In this document: piece after piece, positions 17,101 to 25,300 of the stretch
Layout: each line of letters begins with the position of its first letter
How positions within the stretch are numbered: position 1 is the first letter of the stretch
Origin: an uncultured Victivallales bacterium
Lineage (GTDB): Bacteria > Verrucomicrobiota > Lentisphaeria > Victivallales > UBA1829
DNA length: 36,832 nt
Direction of reading: 5' to 3'
Assembly (NCBI GenBank): GCA_964534535.1
Contig: CAZHPP010000001.1
Coordinates: forward strand, 1 to 36,832
Notes under the pieces: model-generated
Database searches by the model: none
What the model saw: only the letters and a program-made list of their open reading frames with translations
What the model was told of the DNA's origin: nothing
Made by a program: the position numbers and the translations under genes

Positions 17101-17543
17101 GTGCTGAAATACGCCCCCTTGTTATTCAGCATCAGATGGTAAAAATCGCCGGAGGCCGGATCAGGAGAGATTACGAATTCGAATGTATCATCCATCGTGA
17201 AGACGCGCGGCCCCCTCATCCCGGCGCCGAGACGCTCCAGAATTCCATCCGGACCGGTTTCGCATTCTGCCGCGAGATAGAGGTTCTTTCCGTCGCAGGC
17301 GATATAGAAGCGTGCTTCCGCCGGGAACAGCGGAGCCGTTTCCGGATTTGTTTCCGTCCAGCGGCAGAATCCGTACATTCCGGCGGCGTGCTTTCTCTCG
17401 TTCTCCGATATCCTGCCGTCGACCGTGAATTTTCCCGAGGTCCCGATTGTAACGAGGGGCGAGTCATAATGAGTCGCTTCGGAAGCTCCGTTCCCGGACC
17501 ATGCGCACAGTGCGATAAGAGCCATGAGTGAGTTTTTCCACAT
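14142..17543 (-). CDS. Large secreted protein with a CBM9-like N-terminal module and an uncharacterised C-terminal region (1,133 aa; cassette 1, gene 3)
   Basis: ATG at 17543 (MWKNSLMALIALCAWSGNGAS = signal peptide) with AGGAAAG upstream; 17597 is an alternative start. The block DDTFEFVISPDP...FYHLMLNNKG...VWNPVF...GIWTMETMLPLEQFG fits the CBM9/DOMON-like pattern. It is a paralog of 22309-25713 over its whole length. The ORF-track start at 17825 would overlap the pseudopilin gene. Confidence 0.8.
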   Translation of the reverse strand: MWKNSLMALIALCAWSGNGASEATHYDSPLVTIGTSGKFTVDGRISENERKHAAGMYGFCRWTETNPETAPLFPAEARFYIACDGKNLYLAAECETGPDGILERLGAGMRGPRVFTMDDTFEFVISPDPASGDFYHLMLNNKGAYFSTARKNGTGVVWNPVFLSKGTVEKGIWTMETMLPLEQFGVTPPLEGREIGLRFCRNWQRIARHYDKSGLAQSCWSHRSVSFEGCDSIPRIRFRTGAPSIRFTELTRDGKPAPAASIFNPGAPVRLRVRYALNPSASQSVDSKTVLELGTGEEKKMNLPVPQLTPGETARLFFEVASEDEKDIFWRRVFTWDTTRRKVFEKTGSTVEKISLKFAFYPSSNRLFCRLDLSALEHPEKEPLPAAEVFGKNGEKLVSGVFPALRNGQSELLLRLPDLREYTRKRNPSGEYRLEVMAGGEKIIKKFERKLFAWEDNRIGMSDILIPPFTAIKVDGFRVSTILREHEMSPAGLWRQVTAEGEPLLLDGGITLAAKIGGETFRVRGEGVRFTRCTETAVEGRADWSCGPLKGRTRFRYDYDGMMKCELEFEGNGVRADALELRIPMDEKNAYLFHACADGLRQNYGGRTPARWNSIEAPKFSLRTSWCPYLWLGTEGRGLSVFGENDRNWSVSKDVPAQSLVREKGKVVLTLNLFAEPVVLNAPRVITLGFQATPVKPMPPHWRRRFAAWDAAEALKPYLDYWISWYGSSYCEGGIGSSLHPRDYDLSIWRELAETRKTKVIPEKFLKEWLKGYSRFPSPNWETMFRNELNYGFNTAKKSVPGSVTFYTNLRGQRLDIAESKTFLDDWFKEEFQPSRDREPEYSASLPYSVDPVKSYRDYAIYWNKKMLESGACDNLYWDNVFPSPNYDRSGTGDTYLLSNGEIQPSTGFFNMREMIRRGAVMQLEMNRLPNNTAHMTNVAAAPLLAFAQQNLDWEDHLGTSPFQKRYTREYIRAVSLGRQFGNLPVVIGLVKMDDARDAVAFCMRTGTGVALTHETQWCKGSQFSKVYNSILLEFYRFGYGTDGVEVRNYWDKDYPVHVSGGDTSSILLRKGRNALLVVCNYGNDAEPSVRIDGMKILSAVNGENGSSLAVRGGAISFPLKKYDFIFIKLKGN

Positions 17544-17649
17544 GCTGTCTTTGTCTTTCCTGTTGGTTATGAGGCGTTTCTTTGAATGAGAAGTCATTTG
17601 GGTTTTGGCGGTTCCGCCGCATAATACGCTCTTCGGAATGAAAAACGTA

Positions 17650-18420
17650 TTAATACACGGCGAACCACATCGGGCGTTTCCATGCGTCCGAATCGTTCCA
17701 GATGTTCTGAAAGGAGTTTCGAACTTGCGCGTCGCTTTCCGAGAGGGTGTGACCGTCCAGAAACAGGAAATTGATTTTCCCTGAATGCCTGGGAGCCCAC
17801 GCCGACGAATTTCCTCCATTTTCATAATATATTTTCAGTTCCGTGTATCCCCACGCATTCCCGTTCGCCGGATGGTAGAGGGCGGAATTCGTTCCTACAC
17901 CGTCTCCGCTGTAATGCAGAGAGGATGCTTTTTTGACACGACTCGTCTTTACGCTCGCTTTTACGTTCCATGCCTTGTGAAACGCGTAAATGGAAGCGCC
18001 GTTGGTTGCCGCATTGATTCCGATGTTGCAGTACCTTGTAAAAAGCGACAGATCCTTGTAATTTCCGCCGATTTTCCATGCGGGCGAGTCCGGACACATC
18101 CAGCACGTTGTGCTGCCGTTCAGGTAGTCGGCCAGCTTTCCAACCCAGTATTTCCGAGGCTCCTCCTTACCCCACTCGAAATCCACCCACATCGGCACAT
18201 GATCCCCGTTGTCTCCGCTGTAGAACATCACGGCTTTCCCGACCTGGACGAGATTGCCGGAACACTGAACGCTCTTGGCCGCTTTCCGCGCCTTGTTCAA
18301 CGCGGGCAGCAGCATTCCCGCCAGGATCGCGATGATTGCTATTACAACCAGAAGTTCTATCAGTGTGAAAAATAAACACTGATGTTCCGCGGCAAACCTT
18401 GTTTTTTCTTTCATCTTCAT
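17650..18420 (-). CDS. Prepilin-type N-terminal domain protein, DUF1559 / H-X9-DG family pseudopilin-like (256 aa; cassette 1, gene 2)
   Basis: ATG at 18420 with AAAGGA upstream. It contains [32 protein letters not shown] (class-III signal-like with Glu+5). The C-terminal [12 protein letters not shown] equals H-X9-DG. Confidence 0.85.
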   Translation of the reverse strand: MKMKEKTRFAAEHQCLFFTLIELLVVIAIIAILAGMLLPALNKARKAAKSVQCSGNLVQVGKAVMFYSGDNGDHVPMWVDFEWGKEEPRKYWVGKLADYLNGSTTCWMCPDSPAWKIGGNYKDLSLFTRYCNIGINAATNGASIYAFHKAWNVKASVKTSRVKKASSLHYSGDGVGTNSALYHPANGNAWGYTELKIYYENGGNSSAWAPRHSGKINFLFLDGHTLSESDAQVRNSFQNIWNDSDAWKRPMWFAVY

Positions 18421-18497
18421 TCCTTTATGTTTGGGAACCTGACCGATTCCATGTTTTAAGTCCTTCCGGTGAATCTGCCGATGGAAACACATCTATT

Positions 18498-19481
18498 TCA
18501 GTCTGCCTGTCTGCGAATGAACTCCGGACGGTAATACTCCACGCCGGACTGGTGAGCAAACGCCATTTTCCAGAATCTGTTCCAGTCCCAATGCCAGGTC
18601 GAATATTCATGTCCGGACTGTTTCGAGTAGGACATGTCATACATTCCGACTTTGTCCATTGCGCCGGCAGCGGGGAAGAAGACCGAAACCTTCGCAAGCG
18701 TTTCCGAAAGCAGCATGTCAGACCTTGCAAAAATTGCACTCGGCGGATCTTTTCCGAAAATCCGGGCAACCCGCTCCGGATTCAGTTCCAGGTCCTGACG
18801 GCCGAACCATTGGAATTCCGGCGTGTCGAATTCCAGTCCGACCCGCCGCGCCGCTTCTTCCATCTGAAGACGCTTGAACTCCTTGATCTGATGTTCGTGG
18901 CTCAGAAACACTATTTTTTTGTGTCCGCGGTCCAGAAAATACCGGAGTGTCTGCTCCGTAATATAAATCCAATCCGAAAGCACAGCTGAATCCGGCTTTG
19001 CTTCCGGCCATTCGAACCGATGGAAAAACACCGTGTTCATCCCCATGGTCAGTTTCTGCAGAATCGGATACGGCATTTCAAATCCGTTCAGATCGGCAAA
19101 TACCAGAAGCGGTGCTTTTTCGAGCATGCTTTCAACAGAGCGCCGTGACGGCAGGGAAATCATTGTCACACAGTTCGCTTCCGCCGATTCCATCATCAGC
19201 GATTCATAATAATTGTTCATTGTACCATACACCGTCGAGGTGATCAGCCCGCAAAGCGTTCCCTGCCGCAGAGCCTCCGGAATGAACAGACCTGACCGCG
19301 TACTCCGCTCAATCAGTCCCTGCTTTGCCAGAAGTCCGGATGCATCATAAAGAACCTTGGTGCTCACATTGAAACGCGCACTCAGCGCGCGCATCGACGG
19401 CAAACGTTCCCCTGACTTGAACTTTCCGGAACGAATTTCCCGCGCCAGGACTTCCGCAACCTGACTTGTTTTTGTCACCAT
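18498..19481 (-). CDS. AraR-architecture regulator: GntR-type winged HTH fused to a LacI/PBP1-like sugar-binding domain (327 aa; cassette 1, gene 1)
   Basis: The N-terminus VAEVLAREIRSGKFKSGERLPSMRALSARFNVSTKVLYDASGLLAKQGLIERSTRSGLFI is a GntR wHTH. About 250 further residues show an alternating beta-alpha pattern typical of periplasmic-binding-protein-like effector domains. Confidence 0.8.
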   Translation of the reverse strand: MVTKTSQVAEVLAREIRSGKFKSGERLPSMRALSARFNVSTKVLYDASGLLAKQGLIERSTRSGLFIPEALRQGTLCGLITSTVYGTMNNYYESLMMESAEANCVTMISLPSRRSVESMLEKAPLLVFADLNGFEMPYPILQKLTMGMNTVFFHRFEWPEAKPDSAVLSDWIYITEQTLRYFLDRGHKKIVFLSHEHQIKEFKRLQMEEAARRVGLEFDTPEFQWFGRQDLELNPERVARIFGKDPPSAIFARSDMLLSETLAKVSVFFPAAGAMDKVGMYDMSYSKQSGHEYSTWHWDWNRFWKMAFAHQSGVEYYRPEFIRRQAD

Positions 19482-19497
19482 GGTGTCCCAATCGATC

Positions 19498-19528
19498 TTT
19501 CTTCTGTTTCCAATCTGTTTCTTCTGTT
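19498..19528 (-). promoter_or_regulatory. Two 11-nt direct repeats (AACAGAAGAAA on the coding strand) spaced 20 bp apart in the leader of the cassette-1 regulator; candidate operator
   Basis: TTTCTTCTGTT occurs at 19498-19508 and 19518-19528 (plus strand). The promoter-proximal copy starts at the predicted transcription start of the promoter at 19535-19563. Confidence 0.4.
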
Positions 19529-19534
19529 ACCTTT

Positions 19535-19563
19535 ATTATACTGCATTCCCCGCGTTTTGTCAA
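19535..19563 (-). promoter_or_regulatory. Perfect consensus sigma70 promoter for cassette 1 (TTGACA-17 nt-TATAAT)
   Basis: On the minus strand the -35 TTGACA is the complement of 19558-19563 and the -10 TATAAT is the complement of 19535-19540, with a spacer of exactly 17 nt. An A/T-rich UP-like tract (AATATTTATTTTATTT) lies upstream, and the regulator ATG is about 48 nt downstream. Confidence 0.7.
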
Positions 19564-19699
19564 GACCGGAAATAAAATAAATATTGATCTGCAGCAAAAA
19601 TTGCAGGCAACCCAACCGGGGTCATTCACTGTATTCCGCTCATCCGTTCAGCGCGGAGGACACGCATCGTCATGCATGCAGCGGAACCGGGCATCGATT

Positions 19700-19982
19700 T
19701 TCCGGGACTCAGTTCAGCTTCCAGTCTTTTGCGGGAACGCCGTCGAATTCGGAATCCGTGGTGTTCACGCGGATCCGCACTCCGTTTTCATAGGCCGTGT
19801 CATAGAATCCGGGTACCGGTTCATGAAACGAGTCGAACGGCACTGTCTGGAGTTTCAATTTGTTGAAGCAGAGGTCGTAGGCGGGCTTTACCAGTTTAAT
19901 GGATTTCCTGTAGTCGCCGCCGTTTCCGCCGTTGTTCCGGTATGAGACTTCCATGCACGGGCGCGCCCCGAACGCCAGCTCG
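19700..19982 (-). repeat. Copy B of the ~283-bp high-identity 3' segment of the DUF5696-like paralogs
   Basis: See copy A (11376-11658): same offset, 21 mismatches in 274 nt counted by hand. Confidence 0.9.
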
Positions 19983-21565
19983 GTCAATTGACTGTGGCGG
20001 ACATCCCGGCAGCAGTTCACCCAGATCTGCTGATAGAGAATCAGTCCGTGAAGCGCAATGTGGAAGAACGGAACCGGGTGCAGCGAAAGCGGCTTCAGCA
20101 CGGCCGGCATGACATCCCGAAGGTACGGTTCTCCCGCGGGCGAATGGACCGCCGCCGCCTCGTCAATGTACGAAATGGAATATGCGCTCGGGCATTCGAT
20201 CGAAACGGCGCCGTACATCGACCGGGGCACTTCCGTGATCGCGGCCAGCGCCAGGGCAAATTCGCGTTCGTCCGCGGGATGCGCGGGACTGTCGCATCGC
20301 CAAAGCACGGTGGACTGGGCGTCCATGTAATAATGGCCTTTGAAGCCCAGCTTCCGGATGCGTTCGAATTCGGAGCCCCAGCGGCGGAGGAAGACCTGCG
20401 GGCACGCCTTGTACGACTGGCCGCCGCCCCAGACTCCTGCGGCAATCGGCTCGCCGGATTTCATCCGGGCGACATACTCGGGATCGAAATCGGGCGAGCC
20501 GCGGTAGATATCGGTGACGTTGTCGTGCGGGACGATCTGGTATCCGAGCCTGTCCGCGTGCGCGATCAGTCTGCGGAGTCCCGCTTCCCCGCCGAGGGCG
20601 GGTTCCACCGGGAAATGCGAAGGATACGCGCCGTCGTGTCCGCCGAGATTCCAGCCGACGAGCGTGATCACGGCGCGTCCGATTCCGGATTTCTTCATGG
20701 AATCGAGAATCTTTTCGGCCTCGGCGAAGGAGGTGTGGACCGTGACGGGAGACGACCCGTCCGGCACGAACGGCTCCTTGCCGGCCAGGAAAATCTTCGT
20801 GCGCATGGCATTGGCGGAATACCGGAGGACGGGATTCGCCTGCATCCTGTCCGTGAGGAAGCTTGCGCCGTGCTCCAGCAGGAAGGTGCGGTAGATTTTT
20901 GCGAAATCGCCGTAGCATGCCTTTCCCTGGAGACGGTGGAACGCGACCGTGCGGTCCTCCGCGGAAACCATGTCCGAAGGATCGTTCCGGAAGATGAAGT
21001 TTGCGCAGAGCGAATTGATTCCATCCCGGTTGAATTCGGATTCGACCCGGCAGTTGAAATCGCCGGATTCGACCACGGCGAAAAAGTTATTGTCCTTCTG
21101 CAGGAGTCCGAAGCAGTTCAGCATGGAGAACTTTTCCCATTCGCGCTGCTCCATGTAGATGCGGTCCGAGTTCCGGCAGTGTTCGCGTTTCCGGAAGTCC
21201 GCGAGCGCGCCGGACCACACGGGCAGAAAATATGCGCCTTCGGAGCCGACCTTCGTATTCAGGAGGTCGGGCAGCACGCGGAGGCTCATCAGGCGCCACC
21301 GGATGGAATTTTCCTCGGCGAGCGTGCCGCCGCAGATGCGGAACCGGAAGCCGTCCGGCAGGTCGAGCCATTCGGCCGTGAGGACGATTCCGAAGCGGTC
21401 CGAACGCAGGAGCATGCGTTTCCCGGCCGGGGTTCTGAATTCGAGCGCGGTGCGGAAATCATCCGCAAAGACCGGTCTCTGTTCCGCAATATCGTAAAGT
21501 CCTGCGGAAACAAGCGTCTTGAGGTTCATGGAATAATCTTTCTCTGCGGCGGTTCTGCGGTTCAT
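19709..21565 (-). CDS. DUF5696-like protein, putative TIM-barrel glycoside-hydrolase-like, no signal peptide (618 aa; cassette 2, gene 5)
   Basis: ATG at 21565 overlaps the LamG stop (21562-21564) by 4 nt. It shares the blocks ITLVGWNLGGHDGAYP, YQIVPHDN and GHYYMDAQS with 11385-13226. Confidence 0.8.
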   Translation of the reverse strand: MNRRTAAEKDYSMNLKTLVSAGLYDIAEQRPVFADDFRTALEFRTPAGKRMLLRSDRFGIVLTAEWLDLPDGFRFRICGGTLAEENSIRWRLMSLRVLPDLLNTKVGSEGAYFLPVWSGALADFRKREHCRNSDRIYMEQREWEKFSMLNCFGLLQKDNNFFAVVESGDFNCRVESEFNRDGINSLCANFIFRNDPSDMVSAEDRTVAFHRLQGKACYGDFAKIYRTFLLEHGASFLTDRMQANPVLRYSANAMRTKIFLAGKEPFVPDGSSPVTVHTSFAEAEKILDSMKKSGIGRAVITLVGWNLGGHDGAYPSHFPVEPALGGEAGLRRLIAHADRLGYQIVPHDNVTDIYRGSPDFDPEYVARMKSGEPIAAGVWGGGQSYKACPQVFLRRWGSEFERIRKLGFKGHYYMDAQSTVLWRCDSPAHPADEREFALALAAITEVPRSMYGAVSIECPSAYSISYIDEAAAVHSPAGEPYLRDVMPAVLKPLSLHPVPFFHIALHGLILYQQIWVNCCRDVRHSQLTELAFGARPCMEVSYRNNGGNGGDYRKSIKLVKPAYDLCFNKLKLQTVPFDSFHEPVPGFYDTAYENGVRIRVNTTDSEFDGVPAKDWKLN

Positions 21566-22305
21566 TTTTTCGGAAGCGCTTTCATGGTTTCAGCATAAAC
21601 TTTTGCAATTTCATCGTCGGAAAGACGGCGCCTGAGGACGATAACCTCGTCGACGAGCATGTCGCCTTCCGTATTGACAAAGAACATCTTCACAGGGAGC
21701 TTGAGCGGGGACTTCAGTTCAGCCTGTTCGGATTTTTTCCCGTTGATGGAATTCGTGATGGAACCTGCGCCCCAGGTCACGGCAAGCATCCGCCATTCGC
21801 CGTTCGGCCACTTTGCGGCATTGGCGGCGCCGTAAATGACGCAGCTCTTTGCGCCGCCGCGTCCGGCATCGTACTGGATATAGGTGTTGAGGTGGCCCTG
21901 GCCCCACGGCTGGCCGCCCATCTTTCCCACGATCATTTCATAGCCGTCCGCCATGGTGTGGAACACCGTGAACCCGGGATCGGTCTTGGCGGGAGCGGTG
22001 GTCCCTTTCCGCGGGGCGGTCCAGCGCAGCAGCGTGCCGGGAACGGTCATGTCGATGTTCTTTTCTCCCTTGTAGAGGGGATTCCCGTTCGCAAGGGCTT
22101 TCCCGAAGAGTCCGGCAGGGAATTCGGCCTTGCCGCCGATCCGGAGCGGTTCGGCTTCGCCGGACGCCATGTCCGCATTGCAGGTGCCGTCATCGAAGTT
22201 TGCCGAAAAGAGAATGTCCTTTGCGAACATTTTATAGGCCGGGTTTTCCTGTGCCGGGAGCAGTGCGGCGGCGCAGAGGGCGGCGAGAGCGAGAGTTTTC
22301 TTCAT
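21562..22305 (-). CDS. Secreted LamG/concanavalin-A-like lectin-fold protein (247 aa; cassette 2, gene 4)
   Basis: Signal peptide MKKTLALAALCAAALLPAQ. ENPAYKMFAKDILFSANFDDGTCNADMASGE parallels cassette 1. The C-terminal EWRMLAVTW...VDEVIVLRRRLSDDEIAKVY is present. The gene starts 3 nt after the upstream stop. Confidence 0.8.
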   Translation of the reverse strand: MKKTLALAALCAAALLPAQENPAYKMFAKDILFSANFDDGTCNADMASGEAEPLRIGGKAEFPAGLFGKALANGNPLYKGEKNIDMTVPGTLLRWTAPRKGTTAPAKTDPGFTVFHTMADGYEMIVGKMGGQPWGQGHLNTYIQYDAGRGGAKSCVIYGAANAAKWPNGEWRMLAVTWGAGSITNSINGKKSEQAELKSPLKLPVKMFFVNTEGDMLVDEVIVLRRRLSDDEIAKVYAETMKALPKK

Positions 22306-22308
22306 GAT

Positions 22309-25300
22309 TCAGTTTCCTTTCACTTTGATGAAGATGAAGTCATATTTTTTTAGCTGAAAATTGACCTTGTTCCCGGAAATTTCGAGCGGCATTCCGGTTT
22401 CGCCGTTCACGGCCGAAACGAGGTTCATTCCACGGATTCCGGCGGTGAAGGAGGAATCATCGCAATAGCTGCAGACGACCAGATACGCTTCCTTTCCCTT
22501 TTCGAGAAGAATGGAAGAGGTGTCGCCGCCCGTCACAGTCACGGGGTAATCCTTCTCCCAGTAGTCGCGGACTTTCACGCGGCTGTCGTCGCCGTAGCCG
22601 AACTGATAGAACTTGAGCAGGACATTGCAGTAGCCTTTGGACTGGCCGCCGCGGATCCACTGGATTTCATGGGTGAGCGCGACTCCGGCGCCCGTGCGGA
22701 AGCACCATTCGACGGCAGCCTTTCCGCCGTTGCCGTTGACGAGTCCGAGCGCCGCCGGAAGATTCCCGAACTGGCGTCCGATCGAGACCGCGCGGATATA
22801 CTCTTTCGTGTAGCGCTGCTGGAAGGGATTCGTGCCCAGATTGTCTTCCCAGTCGAGGTTCTGCTGCGCGAAGGCGCAGATGGGGGGCATGGCGGCATTG
22901 GTGATATGGACCATGTTGTTCGGTTTGCGGCCGAGTTCGAGCTGGAGCACGGCCGTGCGCCGGATCAGTTCCCTCAGGTTGAAGAGTCCCAGGGAGGGCT
23001 GGAGCTTTCCGTCTTCGGAATAATAGACCGGTTCGGAGCCGCTGCGGTCATAGTTGGAGGCAAGGAAGACGTCGTCCCAGTAGATGTTGTCGCACGCGCC
23101 GGTTTCGAGCATTTTCTTGTAGCAGGTCATGGCGAAGTCGCGGTAGCTGGAAGTCGGGTCGACGCTGTAGGCCTTGCTTGCGCCGAAGGCCGGAGCGCGG
23201 CCGCGGGACCCCTGGAATTCCTCCCGGAACCAGTTGTCGAGGAAGGTCCGGGCTTCCGGAATGTCGATCCGCTGGCCGCGCGCATTCGTGTAGAACGTGA
23301 CCGAATCCGGCTTCGCATTCATGGCCGTATAGAGCCCGTAATTGATTTCAGCACGGTAGGTTTCCAGTTTGTTCGGGGAATCCTTGGGATAACCGGCAAG
23401 CCACTGATCCAGGAAGCCTTCCGGGATCTTGTGCGTCTTCCGGATCTGGCTGTACATTTTCCACAGCGAAAGGTCGTTCCCGCGCGGCAGAAGGTCGTCG
23501 GAGGCCGAGATTCCGCCTTCGCAGAGAGAACTGCCGTAGAACGTGATCGCATAATCCGTATAGGGATGAATTCTGCCGTCAAGTCCCCACGACGCCTGAT
23601 GCTTCCGCCAGTTTTTGATCATCGGCTTGACGGGAGTCGCCTGGAACGCGAGCGTAATCGTGCGCAGCTGTTCAAGCTTCACTGGCTTTGCAAAGAGGTT
23701 GAAGACCAGTTCGACTTTCCCGTTTCCGCGCCTGATCGTCTGGGCGGGAACTTTCTCCGCGACTGTCCAGCCGCGGTCGTTTTCGCCGTAGACGCTGAAG
23801 CCGCGGCCCTCGGTTCCAAGCCAGAGATACGGCACGAAGGAGGTCTGGAGGTCGGTGCGCGCCGCCTGGCTCGAGTCCCATTTCACGGGAGTCGCACCAC
23901 CGTAGTTGAAGCGGAGCCCGTCCGCGCTTTCATGGAACAGATACGCATTCTTCTCGTCAAGCGGGACCACGAGCCGGAAGGAGTCGGCCTTCGAGCCGGC
24001 GTTCACCGTGAGATTGAACTTCATCATGCCGTCGTATTCGAACCGGAAATCGGTTTTCCCGGAAATCACGCCGGGAACGGACCACGAAGCGGAACCTTCC
24101 GCCGCGGTCCCGCTCTTCTTTGTGAATTTCACTCCGGAACCCTTGACGGTGTACGTTTTTCCGCCCGCTTCCGCGACGAGCTTCATGCCGCCGTCGACGA
24201 ACAGAGTTTCGCCGTCGGCCTTCACCTGCTTCCAGAGCCCGGTGTCCGCCAGCTCATGCGTGCGGAGAATCATGGAAACTTCATTGCCATTGACCGCGAC
24301 CGGCGTGAACGGCGGGATCAGCCGGTCGCTCATGCCGAGGGAATTGCCTTCCCAGCCGAAGACTTTGCGCTCGAACGTCCGGGTAAGTTTGTCGCTGCCG
24401 ACCGTCACTGTGAGCGTATATTCGCCGGAAGGATTCTTTTCTTCCGTGAATTTCTTCAGGGAGGGCAGCTGCCAGAGCGTTTCCGAAACGCTGCTGCGGA
24501 ATGGTTTGAGGACGGTTTCCGCAACTTTTCCGCCGGTTTTTCCCGCGACTTCGGCCTTCAGGACTTTGATGGAATCCGCATTGGGAACCGCGCTCGCGTC
24601 CAGCTGAAGGAACAGGCGGCCGGTTTCCGCATAGAAGGCATACTTGAGGGAAAGTTTTTCCGCTTCGGAAGCCTCTTTTTCGAACACGTCGGCCTTTTCC
24701 TTTTTCCAGCGGAAGGCCCTGTGATAGAGAACGGCGCCGTCCGGATTCAGGACCCTGAACGCGGCAGAAGCTGTTTCGTTTTCAGAGAGCTGGGCCACGG
24801 GCAGGGTCAGAATCTTTGTTTCGCCCGGAGCAAGCGCAGCTTCGGATTCGTCGCTGACCGACTGGGAACGGTCCGGCTTCAGGAACCAGACCGTCTTCAC
24901 CTTCACCGGGGCGGCGGAAGGATTGTAAACGCTGACCTTCACGTCGGGTTTTCCTTCCGACACGAGACTCAGGAAGCGCACGACAGGGCCGTTCTCCCGG
25001 AGCGTGGCGCGCGGAATGTTGTCGCTTTCGAAGAAGGCGCCGCGGATCTGGCTCCAGCAGCTTTGGACTCCCCACTCGCCGAACTCCTTTGCCAGACTGT
25101 GCCAGTTGCGGCAGATCCTCAGTCCGAGCGTCCCGCCGTCCTTCCAGTCCGCAATCCCGAACTGGGAAAGCGGAAACGCGATTTCATACGTCCATCTGCC
25201 GTCCTTCACCACGCCCTTTGATTCGAAGACGGGGTCCCATGCGGCATTGGCGCCGCGGATGCGGGCCTCAGACATGTACGAACCTTTGTTGTTCACAATG

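Noticed and set aside
17544-17825. Upstream extension of the cassette-1 large protein (1,227-aa version), plus similar extensions at 18421-18492, 13227-13346 and 5787-5828
   Set aside because: The extension would overlap the pseudopilin gene's 3' end and would place about 94 non-hydrophobic residues before the signal peptide. The internal ATGs give signal peptides or SD sites and match the paralog N-termini.
19988-21598. 536-aa plus-strand ORF (also 12009-12683, 224 aa)
   Set aside because: It is antisense to the DUF5696-like paralogs. The minus-strand frame is the one conserved between the copies and coupled to the LamG gene.
22669-25221. 850-aa plus-strand ORF (and the similar 14370-15680, 436 aa)
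   Set aside because: It is antisense to the large secreted-protein paralogs. The composition is Arg/Gly/Pro/Glu-rich. The minus-strand frames are the ones conserved between the two cassettes, and they carry signal peptides and domain patterns.
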